From contig CARUPR010000002.1 of NCBI GenBank assembly GCA_949077035.1, positions 91,447 through 155,446 on the forward strand: a DNA stretch of 64,000 nucleotides, written 5' to 3'. Shown here piece after piece: positions 56,239 to 64,000 of the stretch. Source of the stretch: an uncultured Eubacteriales bacterium. Its GTDB lineage: Bacteria > Bacillota > Clostridia > Christensenellales > UBA1242. A model generated the notes under the pieces. It saw only the letters and a program-made list of their open reading frames with translations, was not told where the DNA came from and did no database searches. Within the stretch, counting starts at the first letter, position 1. Every line of letters starts with the position of its first letter. A program made the position numbers and the translations under genes.

Positions 56239-57477
56239 TTAACTTATTGGTTTTTCTTGGTTGTCTGAAATATCTGTTTTTAATTTGACCTTTCTTTCCA
56301 AACTTCCTTCTTTGTTGAGTTTGAAATTTTTAAATCGCAGCAGCAAGAATAAGGTTATTCCAAAGGCACCGCCAACGATTTGGGCAATATCTGTATTAAA
56401 TGGAGAAAATATTGCTATAGACAATATTATTCTTATCAGCTTTGTCGAAAAATGAATTATCGTTGATTTAGTCGCAGAGTATTCAAGTTGTAAAAATGTT
56501 GAAATGTTTGCTTTTACACTATTTATGATTAAATCAGCGATTTGAATGGACAAATAAATTATACCAATTTTCAAAACTACATGATATAAGCTGAATAGAG
56601 AGAAAAATAATATTAATCCAATAATTATATAAAAAGCGGTGATTATTGCCGAATTTTTTAGCGATTTTTTATAATTATATACCGACTGAGATATATCTAT
56701 TTTTGCAATTCTGTTTATGACAACAACTGCATCCCAAAGAGGGTCGGTGGTTAAGTTTATAAAAGTTATTGCAATATAATATTCCTCACCAAAGCTAAAT
56801 GCAATTTTAAAGCCAACAAGGTATATTACAAGCATTAGCAAGTCGCCAAGAATATTTAAAGATTCATATTTGAAATTTTTTATGATATTAAAGGCAAACT
56901 TAAATTTATTTATGTTAAAACCAAACCAAACACAAACATATATAAATAAAGCAGAGAGATTGACTATCAAGATTATAAGTTGATTTTTTGTTATAAGTGC
57001 GGTTATTGTCACCGATAATAAATTTAAGATAATAAATCCAATACTACATAAATTGCCAGGTTTATCTTTATTCTCAAAATACAATTTTTCTGTTATAATA
57101 TTATTTACATAACTAAAAAACAGTTGGCCAATAGCCATTAATGTGAAGATTTTATAAATTTTAGCATCCATATTCATAAAAGTAATATAGTCTTCTACAA
57201 AAATTCCAACTAAACTAAATATTAATAATCCGAATATAATACCCAAAATCATGCCGGTATTTACACAATCTTTATTATTTTCTTTATTCGCTCTTATATT
57301 AGATGCTGATGAAAAGAAACTCAACAAAACATAAACTGCAAATTGAAGGGGATAGGTTATAGAAAAAATCCCAGAAAAAGCAGTATTTCCGGTTATTAAA
57401 CCAAGTAAAAAATATGTCATCACATTGAGAATAGAAAAAGCAAAAGCAGTCATCGACATTGTAAAATAGCGTTTCAT
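56239..57477 (-). CDS. Polytopic membrane protein (about 12 TM, possibly MOP/MATE-like transporter)
   Basis: Highly hydrophobic multi-helix ORF. Start set to ATG 57477 because the listed TTG 57513 coincides with the -35 box. Confidence 0.5.
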   Translation of the reverse strand: MKRYFTMSMTAFAFSILNVMTYFLLGLITGNTAFSGIFSITYPLQFAVYVLLSFFSSASNIRANKENNKDCVNTGMILGIIFGLLIFSLVGIFVEDYITFMNMDAKIYKIFTLMAIGQLFFSYVNNIITEKLYFENKDKPGNLCSIGFIILNLLSVTITALITKNQLIILIVNLSALFIYVCVWFGFNINKFKFAFNIIKNFKYESLNILGDLLMLVIYLVGFKIAFSFGEEYYIAITFINLTTDPLWDAVVVINRIAKIDISQSVYNYKKSLKNSAIITAFYIIIGLILFFSLFSLYHVVLKIGIIYLSIQIADLIINSVKANISTFLQLEYSATKSTIIHFSTKLIRIILSIAIFSPFNTDIAQIVGGAFGITLFLLLRFKNFKLNKEGSLERKVKLKTDISDNQEKPIS

Positions 57478-57484
57478 AAAAATT

Positions 57485-57513
57485 ATGATACCATATTTTC
57501 TTGTCTTTGTCAA
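57485..57513 (-). promoter_or_regulatory. Promoter of the membrane protein gene
   Basis: On the minus strand: TTGACA 57513-57508, 17-nt spacer, TATCAT 57490-57485, then 7 nt and ATG 57477. No SD. Confidence 0.55.
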
Positions 57514-57558
57514 GATTGTGAGTATTGCTTAAGAGTTTAAGCTTATTAAAAAAGATGG

Positions 57559-59034
57559 TTATAAATTTATAATTTTGTTTGAAAGATTTTTGACGAAAGC
57601 TGAATCGTGCTCTACAAAAATAAGTGTTATTTGAGAATTTTTAAGAAGCTGCTCTATCTGGATTCTGGTTATCACATCAATATAATTTAAGGGCTCATCC
57701 CAAACATAAAGATTTGCTTCTTCACATAAGCTTTTTGCAATTAAAACTTTTTTCTTTTGACCTGCACTGAAATTATCAATTTCAATATCAAATTGTTCTC
57801 TTTTGAAACCAAGTTTATAAAGCATTGTCAAAAATTTTGTTTGGTCAATATTGTTTTCCCTTGCAAAATCAAATAAATTTCCTTTCAACCAATCATATCT
57901 TTGGCTAATATACGAAATTTTGATTTTTTTTGATATATTTAAAATTCCTTTATATTTTATCGCTTGACCGCAAATAAGTTTTAATAAGCTTGATTTGCCG
58001 CATCCATTTTTGCCGCAAATTGCAACCTTATCACCACATTCTACATTAAAATTAATACCATTTGCAATTTCTTTGTTATCATAATAGATTGATAAGTCTT
58101 TTATTGAAACAATGGTATCTTCCTTTAAATTTTGTGAATTTAAAAATAATTCATCTTGTTTTTCTATATTTTTCAGTAATTTTTGTTTGTCTTCAATTGC
58201 CTTGTTTTGTCTATTTTCAATTACTTTGCCTCTTTTTGCCATCTTAGCTGCTTTATGACCAATTGCACCTTTATCGGGTTTTAAACCAGCGACCTTTACA
58301 TTTTTTGTTTTTTCTACCTTGTCAGACCAAAGCATTTTTTCTCTTGAACTTTCTTGCAATCTTGATATTTCCTTTCGCGATTGCTGATTTTTTAAAAGTT
58401 CTAAATTGTCTTGATTTTGTTTGTTTGCCCACCATGTGGTGAAATTACCTTTTTGAATTTCTATATCCTTTTTGTTTATAGAAATGATATGGTCAACACA
58501 TTCATCAATAAAATCTCTGTCATGAGAAACAACAATGAAACCTTTTTGTTTATTTAAAAATTTTTTGACACAATCTCGACTGTTATAGTCAAGGTGATTT
58601 GTTGGTTCGTCAATCAGTAAAAAATTATTTTCTATAGAAAACAAAATTGCAAGCAACAACTTTGTTTGCTGACCATTGGAAAGTGTATCAAAAGATTGAT
58701 ATAAACAGCTTTCCTCTAATTGTAAATCCTTAAATTTTTTCATTACTTCCCAAATTTCTATATTTTGGTTTATATCATAAATAAGTTCAATTGCCGGTTT
58801 GTTTTTATTTTCAATCTCAAAAGGGAAGTAATTAAAATTAGAAGAACTTATTATTTTTCCTTGAAATTCAAATTTGTTTAAAAGTAAGTTTAGCAGGGTG
58901 GTTTTGCCACGTCCATTTCTTCCAATAAGTCCAATTTTCCAATCTGTATCAAAGGATAAGTTTACATTTTCAAAGACATTTTCGCTGTTTCCTTCATAAG
59001 CAAAAGTTAAATTTTTAATTATTATTTGTGCCAT
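57559..59034 (-). CDS. ABC-F ATPase, Lsa-like (antibiotic-resistance/ribosome-protection type)
   Basis: Two ABC domains (GLIGRNGRGKTTLL, LSNGQQTK, LIDEPTNHLD; GKNGCGKSSLL, FSAGQKKK, VWDEPLNYID) joined by a K/Q/E-rich linker, with no TM domain. Strong resemblance to Lsa(A) along the N-terminal domain. AGGAGG SD. Confidence 0.8.
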   Translation of the reverse strand: MAQIIIKNLTFAYEGNSENVFENVNLSFDTDWKIGLIGRNGRGKTTLLNLLLNKFEFQGKIISSSNFNYFPFEIENKNKPAIELIYDINQNIEIWEVMKKFKDLQLEESCLYQSFDTLSNGQQTKLLLAILFSIENNFLLIDEPTNHLDYNSRDCVKKFLNKQKGFIVVSHDRDFIDECVDHIISINKKDIEIQKGNFTTWWANKQNQDNLELLKNQQSRKEISRLQESSREKMLWSDKVEKTKNVKVAGLKPDKGAIGHKAAKMAKRGKVIENRQNKAIEDKQKLLKNIEKQDELFLNSQNLKEDTIVSIKDLSIYYDNKEIANGINFNVECGDKVAICGKNGCGKSSLLKLICGQAIKYKGILNISKKIKISYISQRYDWLKGNLFDFARENNIDQTKFLTMLYKLGFKREQFDIEIDNFSAGQKKKVLIAKSLCEEANLYVWDEPLNYIDVITRIQIEQLLKNSQITLIFVEHDSAFVKNLSNKIINL

Positions 59035-59084
59035 TTTTACCTCCTAATCAAATATCTTCAAGGTGTTGTGATATATTAATTTTT

Positions 59085-59123
59085 AAAAAAATAGGTCATA
59101 AGAAAGTTGTCTTATGACCTATT
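59085..59123 (-). terminator. Leader (attenuator) terminator upstream of the ABC-F gene
   Basis: On the minus strand, TAGGTCATAAG pairs with CTTATGACCTA (11 bp) and is followed by T7, about 45 nt before the ABC-F SD. Confidence 0.7.
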
Positions 59124-59218
59124 AAAAAATATATCCTCAATAAGAACTAATTTGTCAACTTTCTTGTTTTGCACAACAAAAAAAGAAAGACAAAAAGTTT
59201 CAATTATAATTGTGCAAT

Positions 59219-59245
59219 TTAATTGTTAGCAATTTTAATTCTCAT
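59219..59245 (-). CDS. Putative 8-codon leader peptide MRIKIANN
   Basis: On the minus strand: AGGAG, 6 nt, then ATG AGA ATT AAA ATT GCT AAC AAT TAA. It sits between the promoter and the attenuator structures. Confidence 0.5.
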   Translation of the reverse strand: MRIKIANN

Positions 59246-59263
59246 TGGTATCTCCTTTTTATA

Positions 59264-59292
59264 ATAATAAATGAAAATTTTTAAAATGTCAA
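59264..59292 (-). promoter_or_regulatory. Promoter of the ABC-F leader
   Basis: On the minus strand: TTGACA 59292-59287, 17-nt spacer, TATTAT 59269-59264. Confidence 0.5.
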
Positions 59293-59421
59293 TATTTTTA
59301 TTTAAATATTTAATTTGTTTTGGCTGTTTAATAGATTTTTATGATTGTATATAAAATCTTTAATACAATAAATTATTACATAGGGTGAGTTTGCTCTTTT
59401 TTTGGTAGGTGAGTTATCAAT

Positions 59422-59973
59422 TTAAAGCTGCGATTTAATCCATATTTCAGCATGGCAAGAAAAACAATTTTTATTTCTATTTACACAAGAAACGCAATAA
59501 CCTTTATCCTTATAATATGTATTTCCCAAGTCTTTCAATAAATGAAAATCGCTTCTTTCTAATAAAAACTTTGAATTGACATATTCGCCATCACCCCAAG
59601 CTTCATAGATAATAGGCTCTTTTATGTTTTCGCAAGTTATATTTAATAATTTGTTTCCAATTCCTTTTCTTTGAAAGTTTTTGTCAACAACTAGATATAA
59701 AATCTCTCTAAAATTAGGTAAATTTTCAAGTCCATAAGCATTTTCATGCATTATTTCACTGATTCCGCATAATCCAATAACTTTTTCATTAAAACTGCAA
59801 ACAAAATACTTTTCAATATTATTTTGTATATGACAAAGATTTCTTTTTAAAATGCTTTCTCTGTTGTCATTTTGATTATTATTTAAATCACAAGTCCCAA
59901 GCAAATCGGTTATGAGGATTGCCATTTGCTTTGCATCATCAATTTCGCCTTTACGAAAAATATATTTTTCCAT
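59422..59973 (-). CDS. GNAT family N-acetyltransferase with Cys-rich C-terminus
   Basis: Acetyl-CoA motif A VVDKNFQRKGIGNKLL. C-terminal CVSCVNRNKNCFSCH cluster. Confidence 0.8.
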   Translation of the reverse strand: MEKYIFRKGEIDDAKQMAILITDLLGTCDLNNNQNDNRESILKRNLCHIQNNIEKYFVCSFNEKVIGLCGISEIMHENAYGLENLPNFREILYLVVDKNFQRKGIGNKLLNITCENIKEPIIYEAWGDGEYVNSKFLLERSDFHLLKDLGNTYYKDKGYCVSCVNRNKNCFSCHAEIWIKSQL

Positions 59974-60070
59974 ATAATTACCTTTAAAATATTATATCAT
60001 AAATAATTAAAAATTTATATATAAAATTGAAAATTTAAAAGAATTTTAATAAAACTTTAAAATGTTTTAT

Positions 60071-60118
60071 CAAAAAAGAAGAAAGCACTCACAATGTTCG
60101 TGCCTATCTTGCGTTCCT
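60071..60118 (-). repeat. Dispersed repeat, well-conserved copy (minus orientation)
   Basis: Minus strand reads AGGAACGCAAGATAGGCACGAACATTGTGAGTGCTTTCTTCTTTTTT, directly after the NUDIX gene terminator. Confidence 0.8.
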
Positions 60119-60120
60119 AA

Positions 60121-60150
60121 ATAAAAAACAATTCATTTCGGATTGTTTTT
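60121..60150 (-). terminator. Weak intrinsic terminator of the NUDIX gene
   Basis: On the minus strand, ACAAT pairs with ATTGT (5-bp stem) and is followed by T6. Confidence 0.4.
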
Positions 60151-60202
60151 GTTTGGTGCAAAAAACTTAATTTTTTAGAATTTAGCAACTTTGATTATTG
60201 TT

Positions 60203-60664
60203 TTAAATATTCCAAACGCGCTTAGCGGAATTTAATTGTTCGCTAAAAACTTTACCTTTACTCCATTTTATATATTTAGGCAAATCTTCAATATCTATAA
60301 ACAATCTTTCTGATATTTCCCATTCTTTAACAAAGGGGAATTCGTCTTTTACTTTAGCAGTATATCTAAGTTGATAATACACATCATTATTTTCTACAAC
60401 TTCAACTGCTCCTAGATATTTTGCTTCTTTAATTGTTATACAAGCTTCTTCCATTATTTCTCGATTTAGGGTTTCCAAAAATGTTTCGTTTGTTTCTGGA
60501 TGCCCGCCAGGTATTGTCCAAGTATCCTTATTTCTTACTATCAACAACTGATTTTTGCTGTTAAAAATATAACCACTTACTTGTGTATATTTTTGATTTT
60601 TTATTTTAAAACTTTCGCACCATAAAATCTTGCAATTATCTGATAAAATTTCATAATTTTTCAT
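60203..60664 (-). CDS. NUDIX hydrolase
   Basis: Nudix box GGHPETNETFLETLNREIMEEACI (Gx5Ex7REuxEExGu). Confidence 0.85.
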   Translation of the reverse strand: MKNYEILSDNCKILWCESFKIKNQKYTQVSGYIFNSKNQLLIVRNKDTWTIPGGHPETNETFLETLNREIMEEACITIKEAKYLGAVEVVENNDVYYQLRYTAKVKDEFPFVKEWEISERLFIDIEDLPKYIKWSKGKVFSEQLNSAKRVWNI

Positions 60665-60761
60665 ATTGATTCCTTTTTAATTAAATTTCTGTAATATGTT
60701 ATTAAAATAAAATTTATTTTATTTGTTGTTTTTTAATGTTATATATTAATGAAAGTAAATT

Positions 60762-60798
60762 AAAAAATGCCTATATGTTTTTTCAACTAGGCATTTTT
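60762..60798. terminator. Bidirectional terminator downstream of the tRNA cluster
   Basis: A6-ATGCCTA (60767-60773), loop, TAGGCAT (60788-60794)-T6. Confidence 0.65.
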
Positions 60799-60884
<86 letters not shown>

Positions 60885-60998
60885 ATATTTTTTATTATCA
60901 AATTTATTTTTAAAACCTTTATCCTTTATTGAACTATTTCTTTTAAAAAATACCTCAATATTAAAAACGACCGTCACAGGTGGTCGCTTTGGTCATAT

Positions 60999-61073
60999 TG
61001 GAGGTACCACCCGGATTTGAACCGGGGAATAAAGGTTTTGCAGACCTTTGCCTTACCGCTTGGCGATGGTACC
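60999..61073 (-). tRNA. tRNA-Cys (anticodon GCA), CCA encoded
   Basis: Minus strand: GGTACCATCGCCAAGCGGTAAGGCAAAGGTCTGCAAAACCTTTATTCCCCGGTTCAAATCCGGGTGGTACCTCCA. Anticodon loop CTGCAAA. Confidence 0.9.
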
Positions 61074-61077
61074 ATTA

Positions 61078-61152
61078 TGGAGCGGAAGACGGGATTCGAA
61101 CCCGCGACATTTGCCTTGGCAAGGCAACGCTCTACCACTGAGCCACTCCCGC
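61078..61152 (-). tRNA. tRNA-Gly (anticodon GCC), CCA encoded
   Basis: Minus strand: GCGGGAGTGGCTCAGTGGTAGAGCGTTGCCTTGCCAAGGCAAATGTCGCGGGTTCGAATCCCGTCTTCCGCTCCA. Anticodon loop TTGCCAA. Confidence 0.9.
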
Positions 61153-61348
61153 ATATCTTTATATATGCACCATTCAAGGTTTGCTCTAATACTATAACAA
61201 ATTTTTTTTAAAAAATCAACTATTTTTTCAAACTTTTTTAAATTTTCTCATATTGTATAATGTTTGGCATCATATTTTTTATTATTTTTATTTTTTTTAT
61301 TCCAAAAATTTTATATAAAATATCTTATTATTTATTTTATTAATTTCG

Positions 61349-61377
61349 TTGACATATAAAAATTAAAGTGATAAAAT
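61349..61377 (+). promoter_or_regulatory. Promoter of the nfeD-SPFH operon (extended -10)
   Basis: TTGACA 61349-61354, 17-nt spacer ending in TGa, TAAAAT 61372-61377. Confidence 0.6.
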
Positions 61378-61410
61378 TTATTGTGTAAATATTTAAAAGG
61401 AGGGGGAATT

Positions 61411-62031
61411 TTGGAAACAATGTTTTGGATATGGCTTGGATTGCTTGTCCTTGCTGTGATAATTGAAATTGCTACGCTTGATTTAGTTTCTGTCTGGTTT
61501 GCCGTTGGCGCAATTATTCCTTTAATATTGTCAGGTATTGGCGGAATAATGATAGAAATTCAAGTTGTGGTGTTTGTTGTTGTTTCTGCACTTTTAATTA
61601 TTTTCTTGAGAAAATATGCTCAAAAGTGGTTGTTTAAAAACATGAATTCAAAAACCAACATGGATATGCAGATTGGCAAGGTTTATAGGCTTCTTGAAAA
61701 TGCAGATTTTGAAAAAAATGGTTCGGTAAAAATCAATGATGTTGTTTGGACGGCTGTGAGTGAAAAAGGGCAGCTTATTGAAAAAGGTCAGCTTGTTGAA
61801 ATCGTGAAAATCGAAGGCAATAAAATGATTGTTAAGCCTGCAAAAGAAAATGCTGATAAGATTTCTCAGGATGATAATTCAATCAAGAATGAAAGTGAAG
61901 AAAATAAACAAATTTCAGATGAAAATTCTACTAAAATAAAATCTGAAAATTTAGAAGGCAAAATAAAAATTGATTCTGAAAAAGCAGATGAAGAAAAAAA
62001 TATAAAAAAGATTGAGGAGGAACAAAAATGA
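61411..62031 (+). CDS. NfeD family membrane protein with K/E-rich C-terminal extension
   Basis: N-terminal TM helices, a C-terminal OB-like segment (GKVYRLLE..GSVKINDVVWTAVSE..GQLVEIVKIEGNKMIV) and an ATGA overlap with the SPFH gene. GGAGGGGG SD favours TTG 61411 or ATG 61420 over the listed 61381. Confidence 0.7.
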   Translation: METMFWIWLGLLVLAVIIEIATLDLVSVWFAVGAIIPLILSGIGGIMIEIQVVVFVVVSALLIIFLRKYAQKWLFKNMNSKTNMDMQIGKVYRLLENADFEKNGSVKINDVVWTAVSEKGQLIEKGQLVEIVKIEGNKMIVKPAKENADKISQDDNSIKNESEENKQISDENSTKIKSENLEGKIKIDSEKADEEKNIKKIEEEQK

Positions 62032-62990
62032 GTGCGTGGGCAATTGTTTTAATTATTTTAGGTGTTTTACTATTAGTTACTCTTTGCTTGTCTATAAGAA
62101 TCGTAAGACAGGCAACAGCTGTTATTGTTGAAAGATTGGGAAAATATAGAAAGACTTTAGAAACTGGTGTGCATATGATTATTCCTTTCTTTGACAGAAC
62201 AAGCAAAGCTATTTCTTTGAAAGAAATTGTTGCGGACTTTAAGCCACAACCAGTTATTACAAAAGATAATGTTACTATGCAAATTGATACAGTAGTTTAT
62301 TTCCAAATTACTGATGCAAAACTATTTACTTATGGTGTTGATGCTCCAATTAAGGCCATCGAAAACCTTACAGCTACAACTCTTCGTAATATAGTTGGAG
62401 AACTTGAACTTGATGAAACTCTTACTTCAAGAGATACAGTTAATACAAAAATGAGAGTTATTCTTGATGAAGCGACAGACCCATGGGGTATTAAAATAAA
62501 TCGTGTAGAACTTAAAAATATCCTTCCACCAAAAGACATTCAAGAGGCCATGGAAAAACAAATGAGGGCTGAAAGAGAACGTCGTGAACAAATTTTGCGT
62601 GCAGAAGGTGAGAAAAAATCAAGCATTTTGGTTGCAGAAGGTGAAAAACAAGCTCAAATTTTAAAGGCAGAAGCTGATAAGCAATCAAAAATAATGGAAG
62701 CAGAAGCTAAAAAGGCTGCTCTTATCGCAATTGCAGAAGGTGAAAGCACAGCTATTAATTTGATAAACAATGCATCTCCAAATGCTGCTTACATTACTTT
62801 GCAAGGTTATGAAGCATTAAAGGCTCTTGCTGATGGTAATTCTACAAAAATAATCGTTCCAAGTGAAATTCAAAATGTTGCAGGATTATTTTCAAGTGTA
62901 AGTGAAGTTATCAAAAAAGATACTGATATTATGTCACAACAAAAAAATGAAAAGACTTCAAAAAACAAAAATGAATTAAAGAAAGATTAA
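62028..62990 (+). CDS. SPFH/band-7 (stomatin-like) protein
   Basis: N-terminal TM helix; RIVRQATAVIVERLGKY...; PPKDIQEAMEKQMRAERERR and a coiled-coil AEGE repeat typical of the SPFH family. Classic pairing with NfeD. Confidence 0.9.
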   Translation: MSAWAIVLIILGVLLLVTLCLSIRIVRQATAVIVERLGKYRKTLETGVHMIIPFFDRTSKAISLKEIVADFKPQPVITKDNVTMQIDTVVYFQITDAKLFTYGVDAPIKAIENLTATTLRNIVGELELDETLTSRDTVNTKMRVILDEATDPWGIKINRVELKNILPPKDIQEAMEKQMRAERERREQILRAEGEKKSSILVAEGEKQAQILKAEADKQSKIMEAEAKKAALIAIAEGESTAINLINNASPNAAYITLQGYEALKALADGNSTKIIVPSEIQNVAGLFSSVSEVIKKDTDIMSQQKNEKTSKNKNELKKD

Positions 62991-63117
62991 TTTTCTTAAT
63001 ATTATCTTTATATGTTTTTCTATGTAAAAACTATATTATTATGGCATTAAGTGTAAAGATTTTATATTATGTGTAAGATTTTGCAACTTTTGCATATAAC
63101 TAAGAAAGGAGGGAAAC

Positions 63118-63639
63118 ATGAAAAAGTTTGGAGCTATTATTACAAATATTGCATTACTTTTGTTGGGTGTTTTGGCTTTTATCTTTATGTCACAAGCATA
63201 TATAACTGCAAAAGCAACTGTTTTAGGTCATACTACAACTACTTCAACAAATGGTTATGATATGATTGAATTCAATGAAAACAATACTGACAAAGCTAAT
63301 TTGATTGCAATTTCAAATGTATTTGTATGCGTATTTGTTGCTTTAATTATGCTGATAGCAATTGTAAACTTGCTTGTAAAATTTGGTGTTATTAAAAATG
63401 CAAAATTTTATAAGGGTATGCAGATAGTAAACATTGTTTTAACTGTGCTTACTATTGTGTTTGCAATTTGTGCTGTTGGTGCAATTTCAAGCATTGCGTC
63501 AGATCTTAATGGATTAATTGGAATGTCAGTTACAAATGTTGGTTGGGCTGCTATTTTAAATATAATTGTCCCAGTAGCAATGTTTATATTGGCACTTTTG
63601 AATTTGCTTTTTCCCAAAAAATCAAAAGCAGCTAAATAA
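63118..63639 (+). CDS. Hypothetical 4-5 TM membrane protein
   Basis: AAGGAGGG SD and a hydrophobic profile. The N-terminal region is similar to the next ORF (63794-). Confidence 0.55.
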   Translation: MKKFGAIITNIALLLLGVLAFIFMSQAYITAKATVLGHTTTTSTNGYDMIEFNENNTDKANLIAISNVFVCVFVALIMLIAIVNLLVKFGVIKNAKFYKGMQIVNIVLTVLTIVFAICAVGAISSIASDLNGLIGMSVTNVGWAAILNIIVPVAMFILALLNLLFPKKSKAAK

Positions 63640-63650
63640 AAGTTTTATTT

Positions 63651-63683
63651 AAAAAAAAGATGGGTTTATCCTGTCTTTTTTTT
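63651..63683 (+). terminator. Intrinsic terminator
   Basis: AGATGGG pairs with CCTGTCT (two G-U pairs), followed by T8. Confidence 0.5.
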
Positions 63684-63711
63684 CTTTAAATTTTTAATTT
63701 TTTTAAAAAAA

Positions 63712-63750
63712 TGTTGTTAAATCAACAAAAAAATTGTTGACAAATCAACA
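63712..63750. promoter_or_regulatory. Two tandem 16-nt inverted repeats (operator-like)
   Basis: TGTTGTTAAATCAACA (63712-63727) and TGTTGACAAATCAACA (63735-63750). Each is TGTTG-N6-CAACA, 23 bp apart. The second overlaps the -35 box. Confidence 0.35.
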
Positions 63751-63765
63751 TATTTGTGTTATATT
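63737..63765 (+). promoter_or_regulatory. Promoter (extended -10)
   Basis: TTGACA 63737-63742, 17-nt spacer ending in TGt, TATATT 63760-63765. Confidence 0.5.
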
Positions 63766-63793
63766 AATCATATCTTAACAAAAGGAGGGGAAA

Positions 63794-64000
63794 ATGAGAA
63801 ACTTAAAAAATTTACTTACAAACGGAGTTTTAATGCTTTTAAGTGTGTTAGGGTTGGTATTTATATCTCAACCATATTCTGTTGTTAATTTGCCTGCTCA
63901 AATGGGTGGAAAACAAGTTACAAATGGTTTTGATTTTATAAAAAATCTTGACTTAATAGAATCATCTAATGATAAATTAATCGCAGCTTCTATCATACTT
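63794..64000 (+). CDS. Hypothetical membrane protein, paralog of 63118-63639 (3' end off-window)
   Basis: AAGGAGGGG SD and an ORF open to the window end. LTNGVLMLLSVLGLVFISQPY...TNGFDFI parallels ITNIALLLLGVLAFIFMSQAY...TNGYDMI of the previous gene. Confidence 0.5.
   Translation, partial: MRNLKNLLTNGVLMLLSVLGLVFISQPYSVVNLPAQMGGKQVTNGFDFIKNLDLIESSNDKLIAASIIL

Noticed and set aside
59378-59420. Possible ninth copy of the dispersed repeat (ACATAGGGTGAGTTTGCTCTTTTTTTGG)
   Set aside because: It is only a weak match and breaks the terminator-adjacent, co-oriented pattern because the local genes are on the minus strand. It is mentioned as possible but not annotated as a feature.
60974-61211. Two ORFs (60974-61177 minus, 61017-61211 plus)
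   Set aside because: Both are translations of the tRNA-Cys/tRNA-Gly genes and their spacer.

Overview
The window is visibly AT-rich and looks like chromosomal DNA from a Firmicutes/Clostridia-like bacterium using the standard genetic code. The backbone is mostly housekeeping. It holds a glmU-like relic, pth, mfd and a PrsA-like lipoprotein; a sporulation-type cluster (M23/SpoIIQ-like peptidase, acpP, spoIIID); hflX; rpoB-rpoC; and a nucleotidase plus nucleoside hydrolase pair. It also holds a patatin-like lipase, a ComEC-type MBL protein, tkt, PFOR (nifJ), truA, a short alaS, an Lsa-like ABC-F protein, GNAT and NUDIX genes, four tRNAs (Glu, Leu, Cys, Gly) and an NfeD-SPFH pair. Seven things stand out. 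(1) An orphan membrane-anchored VirB4/TraE-type ATPase sits directly upstream of an 11-kb gene for a 3677-aa lipoprotein with GLUG-type repeats, between hflX and rpoBC. (2) A dispersed family of ~40-nt repeats (core CAAGATAGGCA..GAGTGCTTTCTTTT) lies next to intrinsic terminators at 8 of 9 loci. (3) A G9 tract occupies the spacer of a consensus promoter in front of a lipoprotein gene, which suggests a phase-variation switch. (4) Ten consensus or extended -10 promoters lie 6-8 nt from an ATG with no Shine-Dalgarno, which suggests widespread leaderless mRNAs. (5) The ABC-F gene has a complete leader-peptide, anti-terminator and terminator attenuator. (6) There is a candidate minus-strand sRNA. 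(7) There are degenerate enzyme relics: a GlmU-like protein and a kinase-like protein without a P-loop. All family assignments come from motif recognition by eye. No database search was run.
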